From a virus (taxonomy: Duplodnaviria; Caudoviricetes): a stretch of DNA of 64,000 nucleotides. Numbering within the stretch: position 1 is the first letter of the stretch; each line of letters begins with the position of its first letter. Under the pieces are notes generated by a model. That model searched no databases, was not told the origin of the DNA, and saw only the letters and a list, made by a program, of their open reading frames with translations. The position numbers and the translations under genes are program-made. The stretch spans positions 1 to 64,000 of the IMG/VR virus record IMGVR_UViG_3300047160_009226; one strand, given 5' to 3'. Shown one piece after another: positions 1-8,443 of this stretch.

Positions 1-2398
1 GTAGCTTAAATTTCTTTTTCCTGGTCATCTCTATTTTGCCTTCCACAATGAGCTGTCCAATGACCTTCACTAGGTCACCAAAATCCATTCCCAATTTGCG
101 AGCAAGATATCGTACACTGCCTGAAAGGCGCTTGCTGTTCTTAATATGATTGTAAACTCTTTTAACTAGCCGTTGATGATGTTTAAGTGCCTTTTCGGCA
201 TTAGGATCGATCTCCATTCCCTCCGCAACCTCCTCTGCAACTTCCGCAACCAGATTACGCGCCAGTCTAAGATGCCTTTTGGCCTCCTGCTGAACCCGAA
301 CCATTCGAGCCCCAGGCCCCTCCAAAGCCACGGGAATCCCCCCAAGAGACGCCCTCAATGACCTCGGGGGCGGCTCCGCAGCCCCTACCCCCAACCCAAT
401 CCCATATCTGTCATTGATCACCCTGACCCCCAGGTACCAGTCCTGATTTGCACAGGTCCTATTAATCTGACGTGCAATTCTTTGTGCTTTTCTCAAATTA
501 GCAAGAGTCGCAGAAGCACGCCTCGCCTGCTTGGTCTTTGTTGAATTTAATGCATCATTACCAAGTTGTACAAAGCTATTTAAGTTTTTCATGACTTCAG
601 CCAAAACTTGCTGACTGATCTGAGGTCCTGCTTGAGTCAAAACCGTAGAAGCCGTACTCAAAAAACGAGATGCCGTAGCAAGTTTTTGATATAGGCCCTG
701 TCCTTGATTACCAAGATTGGCTTGTACAGTTACTGCCGCACCATTCACATATTCATTCAACTTATTGATGTTCATGACCATTGCACGCGGACTTACCTGT
801 GCACCAGGTGTAGAGAGGCCCTGCTGCAGCCGACTCGCTCCATTGACTGCCTGAGACACATATTCCCGCACTTTCTGATGCACTTGACCCGCAGTAACAG
901 GACCACCCACTGCAGCTCCCTGTCCTGCTCCTTGGGCTTGTGCAGCAGTTGTCGGTAGTGGTTTATTTTGTCTAATGAAAGTCTCCAAAAGAACATTCGC
1001 AGCAGTCATTCTTATCTGTGCGAGTGGACCGGACTTAACATCAGGATGACTACTCTTCAAAATGGTTCTAAGATTTGCTCGATCCTTATCTACGTCGCCC
1101 GTCCCTTGAATCTGCAAGGCATTCATAGCCTGTGCTGGCGTCATATTGAATTCAGCGGCTTTTCGTCTGGCTTGTTTAGTACTTTTAAGATCCGATATCT
1201 CCTCGGCATATCGACTGACCTCTTCCAAATTATGTGTCACTTCCTCTACGATGCTCTCATTAATCTGGCCTCCAACATGATTCAATGTCTTTAATGCTGT
1301 ACCCAAAAGCCAATGTGAACTTGACAACATTGCATAAAGACTATTGTTAGTTCCCAGATTGTTACTCACTAAAAACATTGCCTTATGAACAAGATCCGAT
1401 AATTCCGCAATTAACTTTGATGCATATCTCGAGTTTACTTGACTTGGATCTCCAGAGAAAATAGATAGTAGCTGATTGATCCCCTTCGTGGTTGGCTTCA
1501 CAAATCGCTGAACAACAAGATCATGCACACGTCCAGCAGTTCTCGGTCCACCAACAATCCGTCTGCGTCCACGGCGAGATGCCAACATCCCACCAATACC
1601 GCCCATTTCACCTCCAGGCGCTCCTCCCTGTTGCTGTTGCTGACCAGAGTATCCAGCCCCAGGTAAAGCCTGAGGTGTCATGGCTTGTTTGAGTGCAAGT
1701 ATATTTGCTTTTTGTTCCTGAAAGTATGTTGCTGCTGTATTGGCAAAAGTTTCGATGTCATCCCAATCATCTCCTCCAGGAGGAGTCTTCTTTATTGCTA
1801 AAATCTTAGTGTTCAAAAGATTCGTCAAACGATTCTGTCCAAAGGCTACCCACCTGCCATCAGGGAGTTTTTTAATACGAAGAGTTAACGGTGATTCTCC
1901 ATCCGTCGTAATATCCGGATGGTTAATGTTCCAAGACGAGTGCGACAGTCCACTTACAGTCCATCGAGCATCTCCTGGGGTTGCCCCTTGTGGATCCTTC
2001 AGGGATCGGGCTAATGAATCAGCAACTCGCCAAACAGCCGTTTGGAGATCACGCGTAACCATAGGGCGATGATCTGCCGGTTGATTTCTCTCCATTCTCA
2101 TTCTTGGCTCATGCGTTTTTGGCATCGCAGCCACCCTCTTTCTGAGTAGCTTTTTGTCTCTTTTGTGTGCCTGTAACTTAGCCTCATCCAGTAATTCTTC
2201 CTTGACGTCTGTCCGAAGCATATCAGGATCAATATGAATCTTGTTTATAACATATGCGTTCTGCTCTGGATCAAAAGTACCTCTGATATAACTTTTTCCT
2301 GAAGGTACTGATTGGTGTCTTTCGCCAATGTCTAGATATTGAAAGTGGTCAATCCATACTTCAAAATCATAGTTGTTGAACCGTGAAGTAATTTCCAT
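1..2398 (-). CDS. Large modular putative internal head protein (>799 aa, runs off the window edge) containing a J-domain
   Basis: Not in the ORF track. Translated by hand without stops from ATG at 2398 (MEITSRFNNYDFEVW...) to base 1 (...RKKKFKL). Contains RxA linkers (KRVAAMP, PRTAGRV, SRYASKL, RRKAAEF) and an HPD J-domain at about 983-1144. Confidence 0.85.
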   Translation of the reverse strand, partial: MEITSRFNNYDFEVWIDHFQYLDIGERHQSVPSGKSYIRGTFDPEQNAYVINKIHIDPDMLRTDVKEELLDEAKLQAHKRDKKLLRKRVAAMPKTHEPRMRMERNQPADHRPMVTRDLQTAVWRVADSLARSLKDPQGATPGDARWTVSGLSHSSWNINHPDITTDGESPLTLRIKKLPDGRWVAFGQNRLTNLLNTKILAIKKTPPGGDDWDDIETFANTAATYFQEQKANILALKQAMTPQALPGAGYSGQQQQQGGAPGGEMGGIGGMLASRRGRRRIVGGPRTAGRVHDLVVQRFVKPTTKGINQLLSIFSGDPSQVNSRYASKLIAELSDLVHKAMFLVSNNLGTNNSLYAMLSSSHWLLGTALKTLNHVGGQINESIVEEVTHNLEEVSRYAEEISDLKSTKQARRKAAEFNMTPAQAMNALQIQGTGDVDKDRANLRTILKSSHPDVKSGPLAQIRMTAANVLLETFIRQNKPLPTTAAQAQGAGQGAAVGGPVTAGQVHQKVREYVSQAVNGASRLQQGLSTPGAQVSPRAMVMNINKLNEYVNGAAVTVQANLGNQGQGLYQKLATASRFLSTASTVLTQAGPQISQQVLAEVMKNLNSFVQLGNDALNSTKTKQARRASATLANLRKAQRIARQINRTCANQDWYLGVRVINDRYGIGLGVGAAEPPPRSLRASLGGIPVALEGPGARMVRVQQEAKRHLRLARNLVAEVAEEVAEGMEIDPNAEKALKHHQRLVKRVYNHIKNSKRLSGSVRYLARKLGMDFGDLVKVIGQLIVEGKIEMTRKKKFKL

Positions 2399-2401
2399 TG
2401 G

Positions 2402-2602
2402 TCAGTCGTTGCTATCTGGTGTCTCATCCTTCAAATTATTTAGATATCGACGAGTCGCTGTTTCCAGACGTCTCATGAGTGTTTGGTGTTGTGTTAAATA
2501 TTGAAGAAAATCGCGACACCAATCCTTAGATTCACGATAATTACTTGCCTCGACTCTACGATCGGCTACCCGAATTCGGGAGTATACTCGGGTTAATCTC
2601 AT
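2402..2602 (-). CDS. Small hypothetical protein with class-1 leader (MRLTRVYSRI)
   Basis: 66-aa ORF packed against the next gene; leader shared with other head-block genes. Confidence 0.7.
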   Translation of the reverse strand: MRLTRVYSRIRVADRRVEASNYRESKDWCRDFLQYLTQHQTLMRRLETATRRYLNNLKDETPDSND

Positions 2603-2656
2603 AAGAATCTCATCTTTTCGCTAAGTTTCCTGGATTCTTTCCAACAGTCTCCCGTG

Positions 2657-4024
2657 TTACCGAATCTTTACTCTCTCTATAAACCTTTGAAGTATCTGAA
2701 TAACTTTATCAATTACTCTCTGATCTGCTGGTGACTTTTCTCTTTCTCTTTCAATCTCATCAATAACATCTTTAAGAAACATAAAATGATATTTAAAAAA
2801 CTCTCTCCCGTGTTGCTGGAGCCATGAGAGGTTTACAAACATAAGTCTCTGATCTTCATCTCTTCCATTATTCAAAAATGCTCGAAGATACACCCGAAAT
2901 GAATTTACAGCGGATTCCATGTGTTTTTCAATATCTTCTGCCCACGTCGAAAACTTCTTCCCTGAAGAATAAGTTTCAGTAGGTACATTACTAATTACCT
3001 CTAATACACTGATAGATGACGGATCAAAAAACACTGCCTGAGTCGGCTCACCAGGAAAAATTGTTGCCGTATCATAATCCACAGCACCGATCAAACCTAT
3101 ACGACGCATTAACCCGGTCCACTTGCTTGGGTTGAATTCACTAAGATGTCGCGTGCAATTCCATGCAAATGCTTGATCACATTTTACACGTTGTCTCGCT
3201 TCTAGCACTACATTCGCTTTAAAATCAATGTAGCCTTTTCGACTCATAGCCTGCACTTCAGATAGTTCCATAATCCGATCTTCATAGGGAAAAGTCACTG
3301 CCTTAGCTCTTTCCATACGTCCCATAACATCTTGTAAATTCTTGAGAACCTTTTCTAAAGGAAACTCACGAGGGACCATTATCCTATATATTGTATCCTG
3401 ACCTATGCCTCCTGTATCCATAATAATACGAGATATAATATCATTAGAATGAGGCTCAAATCCAGTGGCCTTCTTCAAGTTATTAAACCATTTATCCCAT
3501 GAGAATTCATATTCCTCGGATTCTTCCAAAATTTCATCAATAGTCAACTCCACATAGTCATTAATTCTTAAAACCAAAGCCTTGACTTCGTTGTAATCTT
3601 CAGACTTGAAATCACCTGGATTTTCTACCTTAAATGCATTAATCTTCTTGGTGTCTTTCCTATTAAAATTTAGAGCCTTATCCAAGTTAGAAACACTGAA
3701 AATATGGAGATAAGGCATCTTTCCTGCAAATGGCACATCAAAGATATCTCCGCTTACTTGATCTAAGATGTAATCAACTGGATATGAATAAACACCAACC
3801 GGTGTGTTATACTTCGTCTGTGGGTTAATCCCTAATTTTGGAATTGCAGTGAATGATCCGAAAATATTGCTTTTGCCCCGATACTTATTCAATGCTTTGG
3901 AACGATTCCTGAAAATCAGACGCTCTTTTGTGGCTACGTCATAATGGACTGCCTTCCTATCCGACTCAAATAATCGTCGGGCCAAACGGGAGGTGCGATT
4001 AGAATCCAGGTTCATAAGAATCAC
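2657..4024 (-). CDS. Phage hypothetical protein with class-2 leader; possible ADP-ribosyltransferase-like fold
   Basis: 455 aa. KLGINPQTKYNTPVGVYSYP motif, recalled from large-phage hypotheticals. C-terminal GAVD...EPTQAVFFDPSSI resembles ART-like strands. N-terminus RTSRLARRLF. Confidence 0.75.
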   Translation of the reverse strand: MILMNLDSNRTSRLARRLFESDRKAVHYDVATKERLIFRNRSKALNKYRGKSNIFGSFTAIPKLGINPQTKYNTPVGVYSYPVDYILDQVSGDIFDVPFAGKMPYLHIFSVSNLDKALNFNRKDTKKINAFKVENPGDFKSEDYNEVKALVLRINDYVELTIDEILEESEEYEFSWDKWFNNLKKATGFEPHSNDIISRIIMDTGGIGQDTIYRIMVPREFPLEKVLKNLQDVMGRMERAKAVTFPYEDRIMELSEVQAMSRKGYIDFKANVVLEARQRVKCDQAFAWNCTRHLSEFNPSKWTGLMRRIGLIGAVDYDTATIFPGEPTQAVFFDPSSISVLEVISNVPTETYSSGKKFSTWAEDIEKHMESAVNSFRVYLRAFLNNGRDEDQRLMFVNLSWLQQHGREFFKYHFMFLKDVIDEIEREREKSPADQRVIDKVIQILQRFIERVKIR

Positions 4025-4108
4025 TTTTACAGAATCCCAGAGAACTCCATAAAATGACGATGCTTCCTATTCATAAAAGGATACTCAATCCCTTGCTTTC
4101 TTTCAGCG

Positions 4109-4117
4109 AGTATAACA
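4109..4117 (-). promoter_or_regulatory. Putative extended -10 promoter (TG-T-TATACT)
   Basis: Minus strand reads TGTTATACT, about 85 nt upstream of the 2657-4024 gene and directly after a long hairpin. Confidence 0.4.
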
Positions 4118-4119
4118 AG

Positions 4120-4179
4120 AAAACCCTTGAGAAATAAGCATAGAGCCTCTCCTCTCTATACCTATCTCCCAAGGGTTTT
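4120..4179 (-). terminator. 26-bp RNA stem-loop (terminator or processing structure)
   Basis: AAAACCCTTGGGAGATAGGTATAGAG-loop AGGAGAGG-CTCTATGCTTATTTCTCAAGGGTTTT pairs fully on the minus-strand RNA using G.U pairs and is followed by a U-rich run. Confidence 0.6.
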
Positions 4180-4205
4180 AATCACGTAGTCGATGTCTTC
4201 TCCAC

Positions 4206-4227
4206 TGAACACACCAATGTGTGTTCA
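4206..4227. other. Perfect 9-bp hairpin just after the spliced decoration-gene stop
   Basis: TGAACACAC-4 nt-GTGTGTTCA. Confidence 0.5.
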
Positions 4228-4230
4228 TCT

Positions 4231-4260
4231 CTACACCACCAATTTAATTCCCAACTCCTG
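4231..4260 (-). CDS. Exon 2 of head decoration-like gene (QELGIKLVV*)
   Basis: In frame with exon 1 after intron removal. Restores a C-terminus KTPTTVDQELGIKLVV of the type seen in decoration proteins. Confidence 0.8.
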   Translation of the reverse strand, partial: QELGIKLVV

Positions 4261-4558
4261 CATTTTGTTGCTTAAGAGCATCTCAGTCTCTTAAGGGTTG
4301 GTCATTTCTGCCAACCTCTGCATATCTCTATGCAGATCGGACTATACCACCATCCCGAAGGATGCTCCTCATTTAGTCTCTGGGGCTGAATCTAGGAGTC
4401 CAACTCCATCATCAATTCTTGCCTCGCTGATTGTCCCTACCGTGTGGATTTTCACCTGAGTCATCATAACTGTTGTACCACACGTCTAACGGGAGGTTCC
4501 AGCTTATGAGAGGAGTTTTCACTGACCTGTTACCAGGTCAGGCGACCTTTTTGAGTTG
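4261..4558 (-). ncRNA. Group I self-splicing intron, 298 nt, no internal ORF
   Basis: P1 CGAU/GUCG with U.G at the 5' splice site; P2 CUGACCUG-GUAA-CAGGUCAG; P3 CUCCUC/GAGGAG; P4 GCUG/CAGC; P7 GACUA/UAGUC; P8 CAUCC-UUCG-GGAUG; P9 UCUGCAUA-GAGA-UAUGCAGA; P9.1 and P9.2 hairpins; terminal omega-G (CAACAAAAUG). Confidence 0.92.
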
Positions 4559-5074
4559 ATCGACTGTCGTGGGTGTTTTTGCCACTAGTCCTACGGCGTA
4601 GTTCACACCGTCACCTGCAAATGCTGACGGTTGATCCGGGGTCAAAAGAGAGTACGGAGAGCAGTAGAGCAACAACCCCGGTGCGTACGCCGTTGCAAGG
4701 TTCTTGGCCGCAAACGGTGTCGTCGGATCGTTGGTCTCGAATAGGTAGCAGAGTAGCGTTGCCCCGTACATGTAAATGCCCACCGTACCTGATCCAACCG
4801 CCGGGTTGTTCATGTACGGGTTGCCCTCTGAATTCTGGTTGAATAGTCCGAGAGGAACTCGGTTGTACCGGCCGTTGGTGGAGGTCCAGTCCCCGGCCTG
4901 AGATGCCACCATTGCACCGAGAACACCGTTCGGGACATCCGGCGTGATCAGGAAGTTAGGGTTAGCCCGAAACGTTCCACTCGGAGTGTTGACCAGATCG
5001 AATGCAGCAGTGTCCAACTGCCAGGAACTGTCTGCATCGATCCAGAACTTGGGTCGAATGAAGGTCACAGTCAA
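4559..5074 (-). CDS. Head decoration/cement-like protein, exon 1 (172 codons; spliced product 181 aa)
   Basis: Follows the scaffold-like gene. Motifs PLGLF, NPAVGSGTVGIY, G-x-LLYCSPYSLLT and VGLVAKTPT recall head decoration proteins of large phages. Confidence 0.7.
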
Positions 5075-5125
5075 ATCTCCGGTTTAGAAGTATGTTGTTG
5101 TGAGCATCACTGCACACCGAAAAGA

Positions 5126-6511
5126 TCAATCGAAAAACTTACTCACATCTGGCATACCTTCCACACCGAAAACTTGATCGAACTCGTTGTCAGGCCCTCT
5201 CTGAGAAGTTCGTCGGCGGTCTGGAGCAAACTGTTGCTGGACAGGTCTACTTCTTTTTGCAGCCTGACGTCGGCGTGATTTTTGTTGAGGTGCATCCTGC
5301 CTTCTTGCAGATCCCTGACCACCCCGTGCCTGAAGAATCTCTGGCTCGTTCTCTGTATCCCAGACATTCTCCAACATGGCACGTCGCTGTTGAGCTGCAG
5401 GAGACTCACGCTCCGGACGTTTCGTCGTCGCCACACGACGTCCCGCACGATCCACCCGAGCGCCCAGAAGAGCCTCCAGGTCATCTCCCTCCAGTGGTGT
5501 CGATGCCGTGCGTTCGATGTCTTCGTCATGAACATCCAGGATCTCATCTAATGACATCCTGGCAGGTCCTGAACCACCGCTCGAACCAGTCTTCAATCGA
5601 CGATCTTGCGGCTGACGAGCCCCCGCAACCATGCGACGACCACGTCCCGCTTGTTTGGAAGCAGGGCGACGCTGTCGATTACTTACCGCCCCACCTCCCA
5701 TCGAACCGCCTCCCGTCGACGGAGTACCTAAGTCAGGAGGTGCATCTCCTTCGACATCCACCTCATCAAAGATATCTGGCTCACCAAGATCCCCCTCGTC
5801 TTCGAGTTCCTCATCTTCCATGTCCAGCATATCATCAAGATCTCCGCGATCCTCATCGAGGTCGAGAGCCTCTTCCTCGTCACCTTCGAGTTCCTCTTCT
5901 CCGAACTCGGCGTCCTCCATTTCGTCTTCCATCACATCCTGGGCATCCTCAGCTAATTCCTCTGACTCATCCAGGATCTCTTCGCCGAGTTCTTCTTCAT
6001 CGTCCGTGATTTCAGGAACTTCATCCTCGTCCTCTTCGGCCGCAACCACACGATCTTCATCCTCATCCTCGTCGTCGCCCGCAGCCAGTCGATACTTCTC
6101 TCTGGCTGCTCGGGACAGGTCCCTGGCTCGGCGAGAAGCCGTCGGAGCATGGACATCTTTCTTCGTGAGAGAATCGAGAACAGCATGGTCAGGCGTCGTC
6201 ATGACTTGCTTGGTATACGCCTGGTTGTTCGTCGGATCAGGTTGATCGGGACCGGACTCGTCCCACGGATCTTCCGATCCATCTGGTGAGGCAGCAATGC
6301 GCTTGTTCTGCTGCTGAATCGCCTGGCGACTCCTGTTGATCGCCCGTGCCTGATCCGGCCTCACTGGAGACAGTCGATGCGCTGTCGCCAGGATTTCGTT
6401 ATCCGTTGCAGAGGGGCCTAGAATGCTTTCTGCTAATCGCACATGCTCCCTCGCTCCTGCCAGTTCACTTACACTACCAAGTGTTTCCTTGGTCAGCCGT
6501 TTGCGAGCCAT
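5126..6511 (-). CDS. Putative prohead scaffold/core protein
   Basis: 461 aa with a long Glu/Asp tract and Arg-rich flanks; ends MPDVSKFFD. Lies between the protease and decoration genes and has many RxA motifs. Confidence 0.65.
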   Translation of the reverse strand: MARKRLTKETLGSVSELAGAREHVRLAESILGPSATDNEILATAHRLSPVRPDQARAINRSRQAIQQQNKRIAASPDGSEDPWDESGPDQPDPTNNQAYTKQVMTTPDHAVLDSLTKKDVHAPTASRRARDLSRAAREKYRLAAGDDEDEDEDRVVAAEEDEDEVPEITDDEEELGEEILDESEELAEDAQDVMEDEMEDAEFGEEELEGDEEEALDLDEDRGDLDDMLDMEDEELEDEGDLGEPDIFDEVDVEGDAPPDLGTPSTGGGSMGGGAVSNRQRRPASKQAGRGRRMVAGARQPQDRRLKTGSSGGSGPARMSLDEILDVHDEDIERTASTPLEGDDLEALLGARVDRAGRRVATTKRPERESPAAQQRRAMLENVWDTENEPEILQARGGQGSARRQDAPQQKSRRRQAAKRSRPVQQQFAPDRRRTSQRGPDNEFDQVFGVEGMPDVSKFFD

Positions 6512-6584
6512 ATAAACCTCCCGAAAGAGAATACTCTCTTGACTATCCCCTCTGACCCATCCCCACGAAGTCTGGGCGGATTTT

Positions 6585-6857
6585 TCACCCCTGCCGCCTC
6601 AAGAGGGCCACCAACCTCTGGGCCAATCGAGCCTCTCGCCCCCCTTGAGATTCGGATTTTGCTCTATGAGAGATCAAGATATTTTCGTCGTAATGAAATG
6701 GGTTTAATGTGGGATACAATTCATGCTTGAGATCACCAAGTTCTTTAGGAGCGTTATCATCCCCCATCAGGGCATCGATCTTCGGCCCTAGAAAAGTTGT
6801 TTCCAGTTCTTCAACAGGAGCACCAGCTTGTCTTTGTTTACTTTTCATGGTGTTCAA
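6585..6857 (-). CDS. Small hypothetical head-block protein
   Basis: 90-aa ORF on the coding strand filling the gap; contains QRQAGA. Confidence 0.6.
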   Translation of the reverse strand: MNTMKSKQRQAGAPVEELETTFLGPKIDALMGDDNAPKELGDLKHELYPTLNPFHYDENILISHRAKSESQGGREARLAQRLVALLRRQG

Positions 6858-6960
6858 CTGCCAATCACTTTAAGAGTTCCTACTTTGATAATCTTTCCTT
6901 TGAGACTAACTAATTCTACTTTTTCTGAAGTGACTCCAAAAGGAACTTCAAATCTCTCTG

Positions 6961-8382
6961 TCAAGGATTATATCGAGCAATAAAAAAAGTAGTATACCAA
7001 TTAGTAGTGTCGTAAGTCGTATACCCAACAGCCACAATCTTACCATCGGACTGAATACCTATGCCTTCGCCTTCCTCATAAAGACCGGCAGGATCTGTAT
7101 TGAACCCATTAGTACCAAAAAGAGTGTCAAGGGAACCATCCGAATGATAACGACCTAACAAGGGTGTATAAGTAGCATTCTTATACGCGTATCCACATAC
7201 CACGATCTTACTATCTGATTGAACAGCGATCCTATAAGCAGCGTCATTAGTACCTGGAGTGGAAAAATTATATCCGTTGGTGGCAAAAGTCGTATCAAGA
7301 GAACCGTTGGAATTATAACGAGTCAATACAACGAAACCATTCGGACCATTATAGCTATAACCGCAAGCTACAATCTTGCCGTCTGACTGAATGATAAGTC
7401 CATCCAGCCAATTCTTAGACTTACCCACAGGAGTAAACGTATTATATCCCGTGGTATTAAAAGATGTATCCAAGGAGCCGTCGATGTTGTAACGGGCAAT
7501 CATAAAATTATCTGTGCCTGCATGTCCCACCGCCACTATCTTTCCATCGGATTGTCTATCAATAGCTCCAATACCGTTACTACTATCTCCAATAATATTA
7601 GAAGAAAAACCACTACCCGGTACTAGACCTGTAGCAAATGTGGTATCGAGAGTACCATTACTATTATAGCGGCCGATACCGATCGGAGTTGGAGAACCAA
7701 CACCAAAGGATGGACTGGTACTCCCGTATCTCACACCAACGATAATCTTATCGTCGGGTTGTATCATAAATGCACCATACTCTACCTTAGCACCGGCTAC
7801 CAAGTCCGGAGGAATAATCGCGGTAAAACCATTGGTTCCGAAAGTGGTGTCAAGAGTACCATCGGTATTATAACGGGCTATCACCTGTCGAGAAACCCCA
7901 GATAAAGTAGCTGATCCCAACGCTACTATCTTACCATCCGACTGAAGAGCTATAGAATCTAACGAGTCGCTCGTGCCTGGAGTGGCCGTGTTATAACCAT
8001 TCGTAGCAAAAGAGGTGTCGAAAGAACCATTGCTATGATAACGAACCAGAGCGAATCTATAACCACCTATAGAGACATAACCTGCAGCAATGATCTTGTC
8101 ATCTGGTTGAATGAGCACGGCATTAAGTCCATCCCCATTAGAAGGACTGACTCTGGAAAAACCATTGGATCCAAAACTAATATCCAGACTTCCTGGAGGT
8201 TGGGGAACAGGCACGGATGAAGGCTGATACTTATCTAGTAATACTCCAGAGATTTGCGTATAAGACATATTCGGGTTAGGATCCTTAGTATTCTGATATC
8301 TCTGCTTGATTTCGCTGAGAGTTTGCATCCTGGAACTCAAGTCAGTCCAGGAAGCAACAGGAGTATCATTAAAGGTTGCCAC
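6961..8382 (-). CDS. Delta-60 repeat 7-bladed beta-propeller protein (paralogue 1)
   Basis: Seven Q-[SP]-D-[GDS]-K-I blades, each with an ARYNxxGSLDTxF half-repeat; conserved ~60-aa N-terminal domain. Confidence 0.9.
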   Translation of the reverse strand: MATFNDTPVASWTDLSSRMQTLSEIKQRYQNTKDPNPNMSYTQISGVLLDKYQPSSVPVPQPPGSLDISFGSNGFSRVSPSNGDGLNAVLIQPDDKIIAAGYVSIGGYRFALVRYHSNGSFDTSFATNGYNTATPGTSDSLDSIALQSDGKIVALGSATLSGVSRQVIARYNTDGTLDTTFGTNGFTAIIPPDLVAGAKVEYGAFMIQPDDKIIVGVRYGSTSPSFGVGSPTPIGIGRYNSNGTLDTTFATGLVPGSGFSSNIIGDSSNGIGAIDRQSDGKIVAVGHAGTDNFMIARYNIDGSLDTSFNTTGYNTFTPVGKSKNWLDGLIIQSDGKIVACGYSYNGPNGFVVLTRYNSNGSLDTTFATNGYNFSTPGTNDAAYRIAVQSDSKIVVCGYAYKNATYTPLLGRYHSDGSLDTLFGTNGFNTDPAGLYEEGEGIGIQSDGKIVAVGYTTYDTTNWYTTFFIARYNP

Positions 8383-8443
8383 GACTTACATCCCCCAGTT
8401 GCTCTTACTGAAAAATATCATAACTCCCACTCGAATCTCTCTG

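Noticed and set aside
2657-4024. Major capsid protein call based on position and size
   Set aside because: No HK97-fold sequence features; it has a cargo-type leader and resembles a different hypothetical family.
6864-6964. Short TTG-start frame (TERFEVPFGVTSEKVELVSLKGKIIKVGTLKVIGS*) after propeller paralogue 1, whose start also resembles the protease 3' end (REI*)
   Set aside because: It is short, has no RBS and no homologue can be verified; it could be a displaced gene remnant but cannot be supported.
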